Shown one piece after another: positions 14,442-26,720 of a stretch of 64,000 nucleotides of DNA. Each line of letters starts with the position of its first letter. Within the stretch, counting starts at the first letter, position 1. Below the pieces are notes generated by a model. That model searched no databases. It was not told the origin of the DNA and saw only the letters and a list, made by a program, of their open reading frames with translations. Position numbers and translations under genes: made by a program. Location: NCBI RefSeq assembly GCF_009914755.1, contig NC_060926.1; one strand, given 5' to 3'. This stretch comes from the human T2T-CHM13v2.0 reference genome, Homo sapiens.

Positions 14442-14986
14442 ATAAAGAGTTAGAAGCTTCTAGAAAAATTCTGAGCCATTGTAAACAGGACATCTAAGTG
14501 AAGGTGCACAGGGCATTATAGCCAATTATTCTAAGAAACTAAACCCTGGGAGGCTGCTGAATTGGGGTACGAGAGGCAGTTAAGCTTTCCTTACAATTCT
14601 TCATTATAAATGCATAGGACCATCTTGAGCATTATATATTATATATGCTGAGTATTAATGTATTATATACTTATATATAATAAGCATTTATATATCAATA
14701 TGTAAATATGAGGATTAATATTTAATATCATATTACATATGATATAATTATGTCATATAATTATAAAGTATTAATATATCTATATAATTATATATGGGCT
14801 CAGGATGGGGCTGATCATTTATAGTGAAGAATTGTAAGAAAATCTTAACTGCCTCTCATACCCCAATTCAGCAGCCTCCCAGGGTTCAGTTTCTTAGAAT
14901 AATTGCCCATAATCCCCTGTGCACCTTCACTTTGATGTCCTATTTACAATGGCTCACATTTTTTCTAAAAACTACTAACTCTTTAT
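14442..14986. repeat. Large inverted repeat: 189-bp arms (14442-14630 and 14798-14986) around a 167-bp AT-rich, partly self-complementary centre
   Basis: Manual ungapped alignment of the left arm to the reverse complement of the right arm gives 168/189 identical, including a 28-bp perfect stretch aaccctgggaggctgctgaattggggta. Confidence 0.95.
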
Positions 14987-15462
14987 GAGCCCACCCTCTG
15001 TTTAAAACCCTCCAAGTTCTGAATTACTTGACCTGAGGTCCATCTACTTCTCGGTAGGAATGATTTCCAAAATGCGCTCATTTCCTTCCCTTAGTCATTC
15101 TCTGAAACAAATGGCATTTAAAGATTCTGATTACAATTTGACAATTGTCAGGGATTCTAGGGTGTAAACTTTTCTTCAGTGAGACTAGGAATAGAAGTGG
15201 AGAAGTAACCAAGTAAATTTTCAATTTATGAAGTAAGAACAAGATGAGAAGACTTGTGGTGCGGTCCTGCTGAAATCAACCTGGAAATTATAAAGTTAAA
15301 AACACAAACTTTTTTTATTATACTGTCAATTCAATGAGATTATTCTTTTTTCAATCACCTACAAAGCTTTTAAAGTATTGTTACCAAAGTATCCCTCAAT
15401 GTAGACAGCAGTAAATGTTAATTTCCAAGAGTCTGTACCAGCAATTAGCAAAGAGTTTATTT

Positions 15463-15519
15463 ACCTCATGATCTGCCTGCCTTGGCCTCCCAAAGTGCTG
15501 GGATCACAAGCATGAGCCC
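15463..15519 (-). mobile_element. Isolated internal Alu left-arm fragment (~57 bp)
   Basis: 'acctcatgatctgcctgccttggcctcccaaagtgctgggatcacaagcatgagcc'. No tail, no Alu 5' terminus, no TSD seen. Confidence 0.85.
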
Positions 15520-16304
15520 AAATAATGAATTTAACAAATGTCTTTTGAAACCTGTGGTGTGTCCTCTGTCCTGGGATTGCTAATCTCCCACAGACACTCC
15601 TCCACCCTTTCTGCGAGGCCGACTTGGAGGCACTTAGTGCTCAGAGAGGACATTGGTGGCTGGAGCTGATCCCACTGAAGCACACTTCATATGTCACTTG
15701 TTTGGCATGTAAAATAATGGTATCACTGACTGGTGAGCATCCAGATTAAAGAGCTTTTTCTTGCAATTTCATCTGAGACAAGGCCTGCAAATTATTTAGA
15801 CAGTCACCCATGCTGGTTATACATTAATTTCATAGAAAAGGTTACAATTGTGGAACAGATATAGAAAGAGTACTTCAACAATACTTTCCCGAAAAGAGTG
15901 GGTGTAAATTTAAATCAAACCGTTAGCATTTTTCTGACAAAGTCCAGAGAATAGTAAATGAGAATTAGGACTATAATTTTGCAAACACAAACTGGAGTGT
16001 ATATTTCATGTCTGAAAAACTGGCTTACACTGTGTTCCTTACTGCCCGGCACAACAACGACAGTTCAGGAGCTTTGAGTTTCAGTTGGCACAAGGGATAC
16101 TTTCTTAAGACTGTTGTCCAGACTTGCCTGGTAGAAATTATAACCTCTTTAAATTACTTAATGATTAAATTTTGTTTTACAGATTGATCTAATCAGATCC
16201 CAGATCTGGTGGAAGTATTGGATTTCATTATGATATTGCTAAACAGGCAGGAAGCCATGTCTAAAAAGCAGCAGGTTATATGCAAATAAATACTTTTTAT
16301 CTTT

Positions 16305-16590
16305 CTTTTTTTTGGGAGGTCTTGCTCTGTCACCCAGGCTGGAATACAGTGGTGCAATTAGGGCTCCCTGCAGCCTGGACCTCCCAGGCTCAGGTGATCC
16401 TCCCACCTCAGTCTCCCAAGTAGCTGAGACTACAGGCCCACTCCACCACACCTGGCTAATTTTTGTTTCTTTGTAGAGATGGGGTCTTGCTATGTTGCCC
16501 AAGCTGGTCTTCAACTCTTGAGCTCAAGCAATCTACTCGCCTTGGTCTCTCAAAGTGCTTGGATTATAGATGTGAGCCACCATGCCTGGC
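16305..16590 (-). mobile_element. AluJ-type element
   Basis: Antisense dimeric Alu with J-like features ('gctcaagcaatc', 'tttgtagagatggggtcttgctatgttgccc'). Degenerate TSD ttttatcttt. Confidence 0.92.
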
Positions 16591-17191
16591 ATCTTTTATC
16601 TTTGCAATTAGCAATTAATTAATTTCAACTTTGTTTTCACATCAGGCCCAAAGTCTGTGATAATTTCACTCATGCTATGTCTCCTCTAATTTCAAGATAA
16701 CCGAGAATGTTTTTAAGTAACCTGTGTGGATAATATTAACATCGTTAATCAAAGTAAGCTTGGCAAATTGTTTGTGAAACCATACATAACTGACCCTCAA
16801 AATAGTATTTCCTTGTTGGGAGTAAAATGGAAGTCCCCATCTTCAATTAACAGAAGAGTCTGCAGATGAGACTATGTTAGCTTGATCTTCCTTCATTCCT
16901 ATCATAAGGCAGAAAGCACTTGAGGGTTTATAACATCATTACCTGAGTAGAACTGCAGAAAAACATAACTAAAATCTCCATGTGGTAGCATTTCTCTTTA
17001 AATGTCTGAAGAGGATCCCTCTATTAAAGCAATCATTTACCTTGATGGGTAAAATAAACTTGGTCCATCTGATGAGGGAACTCCAGTAATAAGAATCTCT
17101 TTTGAATCAAATCTTAATTTTCTAGTTGTGTTTTTCAAAACATTTTGTTGAGTGTCAAACACTGAATTGATTAACACTTGATAATATGTGA

Positions 17192-17524
<333 letters not shown>

Positions 17525-17792
17525 CATAGTAGAGTTTTGTAAAACAACCAGTCAACAATTTCAAGGTTGTGATGTCCTATTTTTTCCACTGAGAATAAGC
17601 AAGAAGTATTGGAGATTAACTTAAATTGTATGCTTGGACTAGGGTATTTCTCTCAGTATCTTTTTTCTTTTCAGAATCCTCAGAAATATGTATAGAACAG
17701 TTATTGTAGATGGAGACCACACAACCAATCCATCACAATTTTGTTAGACTCTTTCCCAGCCTGAGATCCCAGTCTAATGATAGCAACATAGC

Positions 17793-17833
17793 AAAATAAA
17801 TAAATAAATACATAAATAAATACATAAATAAAA
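17793..17833. repeat. (TAAA)n/(TACA) simple repeat
   Basis: 'aaaataaataaataaatacataaataaatacataaataaa'. Confidence 0.8.
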
Positions 17834-17859
17834 CACAATGGTGAAAAGAGTGGGAAAGT

Positions 17860-19140
17860 AAATATACCAACCAGAAAATACAACTGGCACAAGTTTCTCC
17901 CATGCACATAGGCTGGTGACAACCTTCTAAGATCTGGTACTTAAAAATGAAGAGTCTAATAATCACCCAAGATTTGAGGAGAACTTCTAAGAATAAAAAA
18001 GGATAGAAGATAAACAAAACGAAACAAAAATAACTCAACAAAGCAGAAATAAAATTTTTATATTTTTCTCAAGAGAGTATTTGGAATATTTGAGTGAAAA
18101 AAATCCAGGAAAGGGAGCAATTAAAAATGGGAAAAGAGCTGCTACAAATTAAGCATCTGATTGCTCAAGTAAAAATACCAGAAAAGGTGTGAAAACAGAG
18201 TGAAGAAAAAAAAAATCACACAAGATAGAATTAAAAAAGGAAGTAACAGAAATATGACAAGAATAAAAATAAAATAGAATATAGAAAGAGAATGTTATGG
18301 GGTGGACTGTGTTCTCTAAAAAGATATCTGGAGGGCCTAACCCCAACTCCAAGAACCTCAGAATGTGACTTTTTTTCGAAATAGGGTTGTTGCAGATGTA
18401 ATTAAAGTGAGGTCATACTGGCGTAGGGTGGGTTTTTAAACTAATATGACTATTATTCTTATTAGAAGAGAAGAGACACAGAAACACTGATGTGCAAATG
18501 AACCAAGGTCATGTGGCAATGGAGGCATAATTTGGAATGATCAGTCTGCAAGCCAAGGAACTATGAGGACCGCCAGTAAATAACAGAAGCTAGAAGAAGT
18601 TTTATTTTCTCCTAGTCCTGGAGGGTAGAAGTCAGAAATATATTTTTTATTGTTTTCTTCCACCCAGTTTATTGGGGCTGCCATAACCATATACCTCAAA
18701 CTCTGTGAAACTAATACAGAGAGGATTAATCAAGATGTTCACCATCTGATTAACAAGAGTTCCAGAAAAAAAAAATAGGAAATGGAGAAACTATCAAAAG
18801 GACACAAATATTTTATTAAAAAGCCTCTCCAAATACAACCCAAATAGAAATTATGACATTTTTTTTCTTCAAAACTTTGAAGATAAAAAAAGGATCTTAA
18901 AGACTGGAAAAAAGAAATAAAATCCTCCCAATGAAAATAGTTCTCTCACATAGAAATGAGAGGCTGAAGGACACTGTACTTAACCATTTCACACCAGATA
19001 CTGAAGGTCAATAAAGCACAGAATCATGGATATTCTAGATTTGACTATCAGCCAATTATAAATCAAATCTGATGGCAGAATACAAACCTTATTGGAAATG
19101 CAAAAATGAAGAAAATATATACCTTTATACCTTTATAAGC
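17860..19140 (+). mobile_element. Very old A-rich L1 (ORF1-region) remnant, interrupted by the MLT1C LTR
   Basis: A-rich degenerate L1-like text such as 'catctgattaacaagagttccagaa' and 'atattctagatttgactatcagccaaatta'. Boundaries uncertain. Confidence 0.4.
18293..18718 (+). mobile_element. MLT1C-like solo LTR with two internal micro-inversions
   Basis: Starts tgttatgg and ends gaaactaataca. Body contains 'cagaatgtgact...ttgcagatgtaatta...gaggtcatactgg'. TSD gagaa/gagag. Confidence 0.85.
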
Positions 19141-19949
19141 AAGAAACCAACCCTGGACCTAGGACTAGGGCAGTCCTAGGTCTGCCTGTGGAGAGCAGTC
19201 CAAAGAATTTTCAGAATAAGAGTTTGGGGAGAAGTCTAAGGGAAGAGCAAACCCTACTTGAAGAGAAGGATCAAAGCAGAGTCTCTAGGAAAGGAACCAG
19301 GCTCTGGAGAAACCAGTCCAGGTCACTAAAATGGGCAGTAATATCATCACATTGGCAGGTTGTGACAACTTAAAAATTAAAAATATAAAGTACCTTGAGC
19401 AGTGACTTGCATGGATAAAGAGAAATAAATATAACTGCACTGGAAAGATGGCCAGGAGATATGCGAAAAGCAACCAAGGAAAGCATGAAAAGAGGTAAGG
19501 AGATGACGTTTACATGTGGTAATTTAAAATAATAATATTGTCTAGCGATGTAAGGCAAAAAACGAAAGAACTAAAAGAGCAAAAGTGGGCTCTATTTAGG
19601 GTTTGGGAAAAGAGGGTTAGATCAGGGAGCAGAGGGATAGTATTTGTTATTGAAAATATTTTGTTTCTCATATTTAGTCATAAGCATATATTATTTTTAT
19701 CAACATATTAAGACATGATGTTTAGTCAATAAAACTTGGTATACTTGATGTCTAATAATAGACAAAATAAACTCACATTGAAAAATAAATTCTAACAACA
19801 TCTAGACTCCCTTCAAAGAAAGGAAAAGAGATCTTAAAATATTAATGAAGAGTCTTCAAGAATGATGCAGGCATCTGCCAATTTATGAGAAACTCAATTG
19901 TAAATTGAATGACTGATTTCAAACATTTAGCGAGACTGGCTGGCTGTTT

Positions 19950-22210
19950 GCTCCTTTTTCCACACTCATCCTGGGCTCATGGTTAGACTCTATTTTCAGC
20001 ATCCCCTGCAGTGAGTTGTAGCCATGTGAACAAATGGACATTGACAGAACTGATGTACTCCATTTCTGCATTAGCCACAAATACCTTCCCCTTCTCTCTC
20101 ATCTTCAATAGCTAGATGTCAGTGCTTGAGGGAAACTTGGAGATCTAGTGTTGAAGATGGCAGAGCCTCCTCATCAATGGGTCTCTGAACAGAGCCATGG
20201 CAGACACAGCAATGGATTGCTCAGACCCCCTTCATGAAAGGACACCCTACCCAGCTTGGAGGAGTATGACTGTCTGACAGTTCCCCAGCTGAGTCTGCCT
20301 CAGCTTCCCAGCCAAAGCCATCATCTTCTCAGAGTACCCCTGTCCACATAATAATCAAGAGGTTGGTCACTGAGGGGACCCTCTTCTTGGGGCATCAGCC
20401 ACATAGTGACTGAACAAGGAGAAGGTATAAGGGCCTGGTCATTTCTGCATGGTGCAAGACTCCTCCAATGGGCATCTGGTGTTACATTAATAAAGAAAGA
20501 ACACTAAATGGAAGGTGCTGACATAGCAATAACTTAAAATATGTAGCTTTAGCTTAATGGGCCAAAAGTCGTCAGCAAAGAACTGTTATCAGAAACTGGA
20601 AAGATGGATGTCCATGTTATGTAGTAGCAAAAGATTTAGTAAAAATACTATTTATGCCATTTGTAAGGCAAATTATGTGCTAATGGAGCCTACAGTTTTA
20701 GCGGTGAGGTGTTGGAGGACAAGGCTACGTGGTTTTTGGCAATTATTGACTGTGTCTAACAAAATCTTAGGGAAAAGAATAAGCTCAGGGGGGGAAAAAA
20801 GCATGCAAGGAAACCTGAAAAGAAAAGGGAGAGTAATTTGGTACCTCAAAAATTTGTGTTTCTATTTGTTGACTTCAAAGGGTAGAAATTTTGATTAGGA
20901 AAGAGTTGAGAACAGCAAACACGCAAAAGGCCATTAAAATTCCACCCAATAGAAAGGTCACATGGGGGCTTTAGGCCTGATAATTTCAATTGACCATCAT
21001 TCAGCTGAGTGAAAGAGATGTGGGGAAAAGTGTTGAAGTTGCAGATACCAAGATGAAAGCACTTTTGTCAGACCCAGACAAAACAGGGCTGGGAAGGAGA
21101 GGCTGAAGGAGAGGAGGCTCATGCTTACATGTCAAAGATAGGAACTCTTTCCAATGACTTTCTAAAAACCCTTCATGCACCTCCTGCTTTGATAAATTTA
21201 TCACTAGACATTCTTTAGTGCCACAGTGATTCAGATAAGACATTCTCAGATGATCACTTGTCTAGTAATGGCATCTCCACCAATGAGTTGACAACAACTT
21301 GGGCTTGGAACCTCTGGAACCAATGAAATCTCTTTCTAACTGGTTTATGTAAATTTCTTTTTCGTTTTTGCAAATAAATTTCCCCTTTTTCCTTCCCTCA
21401 CTGAATGCATGGGTGGCTTGCCATTCCATACATTCCAGATTATAATGATTATTTCTCTTTGCAACATATTTAGAGATTATTTTCTCTAGTGTCTTTTACC
21501 CTAGGTTGAGATAAGCAAGCAATGGAATAAATTAGGGTTGAGAATTATGTCTAACAAAGAATTTGATGCACTTACTGCCACAAGAAACTGACTGAAAGAA
21601 AATATGTCAGATGTCTACCAGTTTTTTGGAAGAACAGTGCTGCTAACAAAATCAGGAGCCTTTGATGGACTGGCATTAAAACAATGTTCAGATGTCCAAA
21701 CGGGCATCAGCATGAACTCAGCTATGGAATCTGTTCTCTCTTAAGGGGGAGGCATTCCTCAATATCCACTAAGAGGCCACAAGGATAATGAGCAAGAAAC
21801 AGCCCCCATTGAGGACAGCCGGGAGCAACCGAGAAAATGGAAAGATTGTTCTGCTCAGAGAGAAGAGTCAGCACCCACTCAAAGATGTCCCCACTTCCCA
21901 GGTGGGGGCTCCTCCCAGAATTCATCTTGCCATGGACCAGGTCCTGCTGCTCACCTTCCATTTTTCCCTTTTCTAGGTGGGAGTTTATTGCAGTTACCCT
22001 CTCGCCGTTTCACGGTAGTACATTGTGTTTGGGGAGGTGGTGACAGAGGGGTGAGGACACGGTGTACCAGGTTTTATGTCTCCCCACTACTTGAGAGTTG
22101 GTTTCTATTTACCACAGAGCATTTTAGTGTTGATCTTTATTCTAGCTGTTATCTTTTACTGAGAAACTGTTATAATTTTGGTGGAGACACTAAAAGAATA
22201 TGACTTCCAT
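19950..22210 (+). mobile_element. Old MLT1-type LTR and MaLR internal remnants, interrupted by an ERV1 LTR
   Basis: MLT1-like text 'tgttgaagatggcagagcctcc' and MaLR-internal-like text 'tccatgttatgtagtagcaaaagatttag' and 'gaattatgtctaacaaagaatttg'. Boundaries uncertain. Confidence 0.45.
21019..21511 (+). mobile_element. ERV1-class solo LTR (MER92-like)
   Basis: Starts 'tgtggggaaaag...gttgcagataccaagatgaaagcacttttgtcagacccagacaaaa', contains CCAAT motifs and AATAAA, and ends 'taggttgaga'. Family name is from memory. Confidence 0.55.
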
Positions 22211-22239
22211 TGAGGTGTGATGAAGAGGTAAAATCTGTT

Positions 22240-22450
22240 GCGCTTGAAACCCAGGTTTTCTAGCCTGTCTCTGAACGCACTCACCATGGAATGTCTTCAC
22301 TTGGGCAAGTGACTTAACCTCTCAGGGTTTTCATATCCTTATCTGTAAAACCGAGGAGCAGTAAGTTACAGAGTTATTTTGGACGGTAGGTAATCAATAT
22401 TCATCGCAGTGCTCAGCATAGAGCACTTGCATGGCAGTCACTGAATAACA
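22240..22450 (+). mobile_element. MIR
   Basis: Core 'cttgggcaagtgacttaacctctc...ttatctgtaaaa'. Confidence 0.7.
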
Positions 22451-22926
22451 AGAGATGCTTCTCTAAGCAAGGCTTATAGAGAAACATCCATTTCCTTTAC
22501 AAGAAACGTGCCCTATAAAACTTTATTTATTTCTCTTTTATATTCCCCTTTTTTATTATTTTCTAAGTAATCCTAAGATCTTGCACATTTCTTGTCAATA
22601 CTGTCTCCTCGGTCCTTTTAGCTCTGCAGAATTAGGCTCTCCCTTTTAAATGGATATCTCAGATCTTTAATTACATGATATCTCAGAAAGCCAACAAGTA
22701 ATTTTATGAAAGGAATGATAATACATATACATTGTCTCTGAGATATTTTAAAGCCCTCTGAGAAATATCTGTCTCTTTGGTCTAAGAAAAGTGTTTGTCT
22801 TGTTGGTATTTGAATATGTCTGTTTATGTATGTCTAGGGCTTTCCTATGCAGCTATTAACACTGTTTTTTAAAAACCTATGTTTATGTGACAAGAAAAAA
22901 ACCCTCTTCTACAGAGTATATTTTAC

Positions 22927-23261
22927 ATTCTTTCTCCACTTGTGCCTCTATCGCAGAACACCCGAGATTAGTTAATTTATAAAGAAGAGAAATGTGTTTA
23001 TCTCTCATAGTTCTGGATCCTGGAAAATCTAAGGTCAAGGTGCTGGCGTCTCCTGAGGGCCTTCTTTCTGCATGCTCACGTGGCAGAATGTGGAAAAGGA
23101 GAAAAGTGGACACATCTCCTTCCTCAAGTCTTTTTAAGGCCATTAATTCGCTCAGGAGGGCAGAGCCCTTATGTCCTAATTACCCTCAAAAGTCCCACCT
23201 CCCGGCACTGAAGATTAAGCCCCCCACATGTGAATTTCGGGGGCACATTGTGACCATGGCA
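22927..23261 (-). mobile_element. MST (MSTC/D-like) LTR
   Basis: 'ttaatttataaagaagagaaatg...tctcatagttctgg...tgagggccttctt...gagggcagagccctta...gaccatggca'. Confidence 0.75.
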
Positions 23262-23982
23262 CATGGACGACAGACTGTCCATTGAACTGAACTCATGTGA
23301 TCAATGTGTCAGCTTCTACTTTTAGTTTTAAATGGCACTGGGGAAAAACATCTAGACTGATTTAGTGTCATACGTGCATAGAATTTCTAAGTGCACACAT
23401 TCACATAAATTAACAGATACGTTGCTTGTTTTGTTAAAAAATATAAAATATTTTGCTCGTTTATGATGTCAGTATATTTTGTCAGAATCTAAGATGGAAA
23501 GCTTTGACCTTATGCTTAAATAATTGGATGCAGCTTTCTGTCACAATACGTACATACATCATCACATAAATAACTAAAGGTTGCCTATAGTTTGACTTAG
23601 GCATGAGGTTAAAGCCTTAGCAAATTGAAGCACTGCTGCAGGTAATCACAGGTTCCCCTGTAACAAAGCTTTTACCTCGAATGCTGTACTTTAGATTTTT
23701 TACAACACAAGCACTCTCATTTGACAGATCTGAATATTTTAAAATTTATTGTTTTAACCATGATTTTTGCTCGTTAACTTTTTTTTTCAAAACAGAAAAC
23801 ATAAATAAGACCATTTTAGAGATCCTTAGGGGAGTCTTATGTTGAGTGATGCAGTATGGGGTTTAGATTTCTTGTAAAATGATGCCTAGGGAAAGCAATT
23901 AGTGCTTATTTGTAAAGTCATACTGTTAGTGAGGTTTTGTTAGAATGAACGTCATTATTCATAAATTAAAAAAGATTTTGTC

Positions 23983-24435
<453 letters not shown>

Positions 24436-24730
24436 TCAGGGGCGTTGTCTGCCTTCCTAGGTGCAATGTTGATCAGGAATGTGAGGCTGAGGTCCATGCA
24501 CAGGCTGCAGTCCTGGCTCTGCCACTTACTTGGTGGAAGTCCTCCCCATATCTCCAAGGAATTTTTTTTTCCAATTATTAAATGTAGGGCAGGGAAGAGG
24601 GGGCAGCCTATGTGGCCCTAAGATCGTTGTCACTCATAACAAAGTACATTTCCATAAAGGAGGTGCACAGAAAGTGAAATTCCTAATGGTTCTAATTGTT
24701 GATTACATTGGAATGTAGATGCCGAAAATG

Positions 24731-24810
24731 TTAGGTTGGTGCAAAAGTAATTGCAGTTTTCACCATTACTTTCAATGGCAAAAAATGTAATTACACTTGC
24801 ACCAACCTAA
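24731..24810. mobile_element. MADE1 (Hsmar1-derived 80-bp palindromic MITE)
   Basis: ttaggttggtgcaaaagtaattgc...ttacacttgcaccaacctaa, exactly 80 bp, flanked by tg/ta (degenerate TA TSD). Confidence 0.95.
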
Positions 24811-25399
24811 TATATTCTGGATATTTTTCATACTTTCAAGACATTGAGCACATAGCCTAATGCCCTCCATTATGTGGAGAAGACTAAAGGATTGTCATGT
24901 ATTTCTACATCACAACATAGCCAAGAAGAGAAAATGAGCTCAAGAACTTCAGGTTCTTTGTTCTTTGATGACAAACATTGAAGACTTAGTTTTAAGCTTT
25001 TAGGTGCAATTCTTACATCTCCACCAAACAAATGGATGCAGGGCTGTAATATAATTTTTTAGTATTCCCACAGTGTCTTTGCATAACAGATGTTCAATCA
25101 ATTAATAAATAAGAAATGATCTGTCTCACCTCTACTCAATCCTCATCTCCAGCTGACACCAGCTTCCACTTCCATCCTCATGTCATAGACCTTCTGATTA
25201 ACAATGCCTGCATCTCCTCTAAAATCCATTGCAAGTCCTGCTCTCTCTGATCACCATCCCTTGTTCCTGCACTCCATTTGCTCTAGTATTTCCCTGGAGA
25301 ATTGAGCCTCCTGAATGCTCTTCAACCCATTGACTCTCCAATGTTTTCACTCTTCCTCACCTTTCCTCTCTTCAGCCTCCACATCATCTCTTCACTTTC

Positions 25400-25583
25400 T
25401 TATTTTTTAATTTTATTATTTTAGAGACACCATTCTGCTATGTTGCCTAGACTGAAACAAAGTAGTTATTCAAAGGTGGAATCATAGAGCACGACAACCT
25501 CAAACTCCTGGGCTGAAGCAATGCTCCTGCCTCAGCCTCCTGAGTCACAATGACTCAGCTGTGCATGCACCACCACAGCTGGC
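25400..25583 (-). mobile_element. FAM (fossil Alu monomer)
   Basis: Monomer containing the FAM-specific segment 'gttattcaaaggtggaatcatagagcacgacaacctcaaactcctgggct'. Confidence 0.75.
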
Positions 25584-26266
25584 TTCATTGTCTATTTTTG
25601 CTTCCCCCATTTACAGAAGAAATTATCTAGAATACGTGTAGTTCCCCTCTCCAAATTTTTCTTTTTGATCAATTTTCTAATATACCTTCTATCCCCACCA
25701 CACTAATAAAAGTCATCTTTTCCAGGATACCGTTGGCATAAGAGAAGTTAAAAATGCATGCCTCTGCTTTCATCCTAATTGCCCTTGAAGGAATACTCAA
25801 CACACTTGACCTTCCTTGCTTAATTGAAAGAGCTTGCTTTGTTTGGTTTGGTTTGCTTTTTTTTATGAAACTCATAATACCAAGCTGTTCTTGACCTCAC
25901 CTTACCTTATGGGCCACTTCTTGTCAGCATTAACTGTTGTTTTTCTTTTCTTTCTTTTTCTTGGCTGGATGGTCCCAGAGCTCTCTTTCAGCCCATTGCT
26001 TCTATTTTCTACCCATTTTCTATCCAGTCCTATGACAATTGAGATAGTCAATATGCTAATTGTGTTCAGCTTCATGTCCTTATTTTGGCTTTTTCTGATG
26101 GCATGCAGATCTGCTACTATACTGCTTCTTTAATACCTCCATGACAGTTCAAAAAAGGCACTTCAAACTCAAGAAGCACATTTTCAAAACCAAATTTTGA
26201 TTCAATTCTTTCTATACAAGGTACCTAAAGTGTTCTTCTCCAAGACTTTCCAGTTGCAGTAAATGG

Positions 26267-26615
26267 CTCACCATTTTCCCAGTTCACCAAAACATCAGCT
26301 ACAATAGCAGATTATTTCTTGAATTTTTATTATCCCTCACATTTACCCTACACCCAAGCCATCAAAATATCTTCTTGGTTCACCCTCCAAAATGTATCCT
26401 GTATCTGTCTGTTGCCTTCCAGCTTCAATGACAAAGCCTATTTCAAGCCACCATGATTTTTCATGTGGATCCCCGATTGCTTCCTAAGAAATCTTCCTAA
26501 TTTTACTCTCAATCCCTTATTATCCAGTTGTGAGAGATATCTTCTCAAAGTGACTGTCAGATGACATTACACTCCTGCTTAAAATTCTACAATGACTTTC
26601 TTTCATAAAACAATC
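26267..26615. repeat. Left arm of a local inverted duplication (partner 27979-28334)
   Basis: 26311-26430 versus the reverse complement of 28170-28289 is 104/120 identical, ungapped. Confidence 0.9.
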
Positions 26616-26720
26616 TAATAATTTTTTAGGTTGTAGAGACAACTTGAGCACGCTTTGCTTCTTGGTATGGGGGGGGGGGGCGGTTCTCTCACAGGCGCAC
26701 ATTGAGTGAAATCAGGGCTC

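Larger units (their letters stand above)
25100..26615 (+). mobile_element. L2 LINE fragments
   Basis: CT-rich L2 text such as 'gatgacattacactcctgcttaaaattctacaatgact'. Interrupted by a FAM. Confidence 0.65.

Noticed and set aside
14442-14986. Palindrome as a known MITE with long TIRs
   Set aside because: Its ends resemble no Tc1/mariner or hAT terminus I know, there is no TA or 8-bp TSD, and the junction microhomology fits local duplication better. Not fully excluded without a Dfam search.
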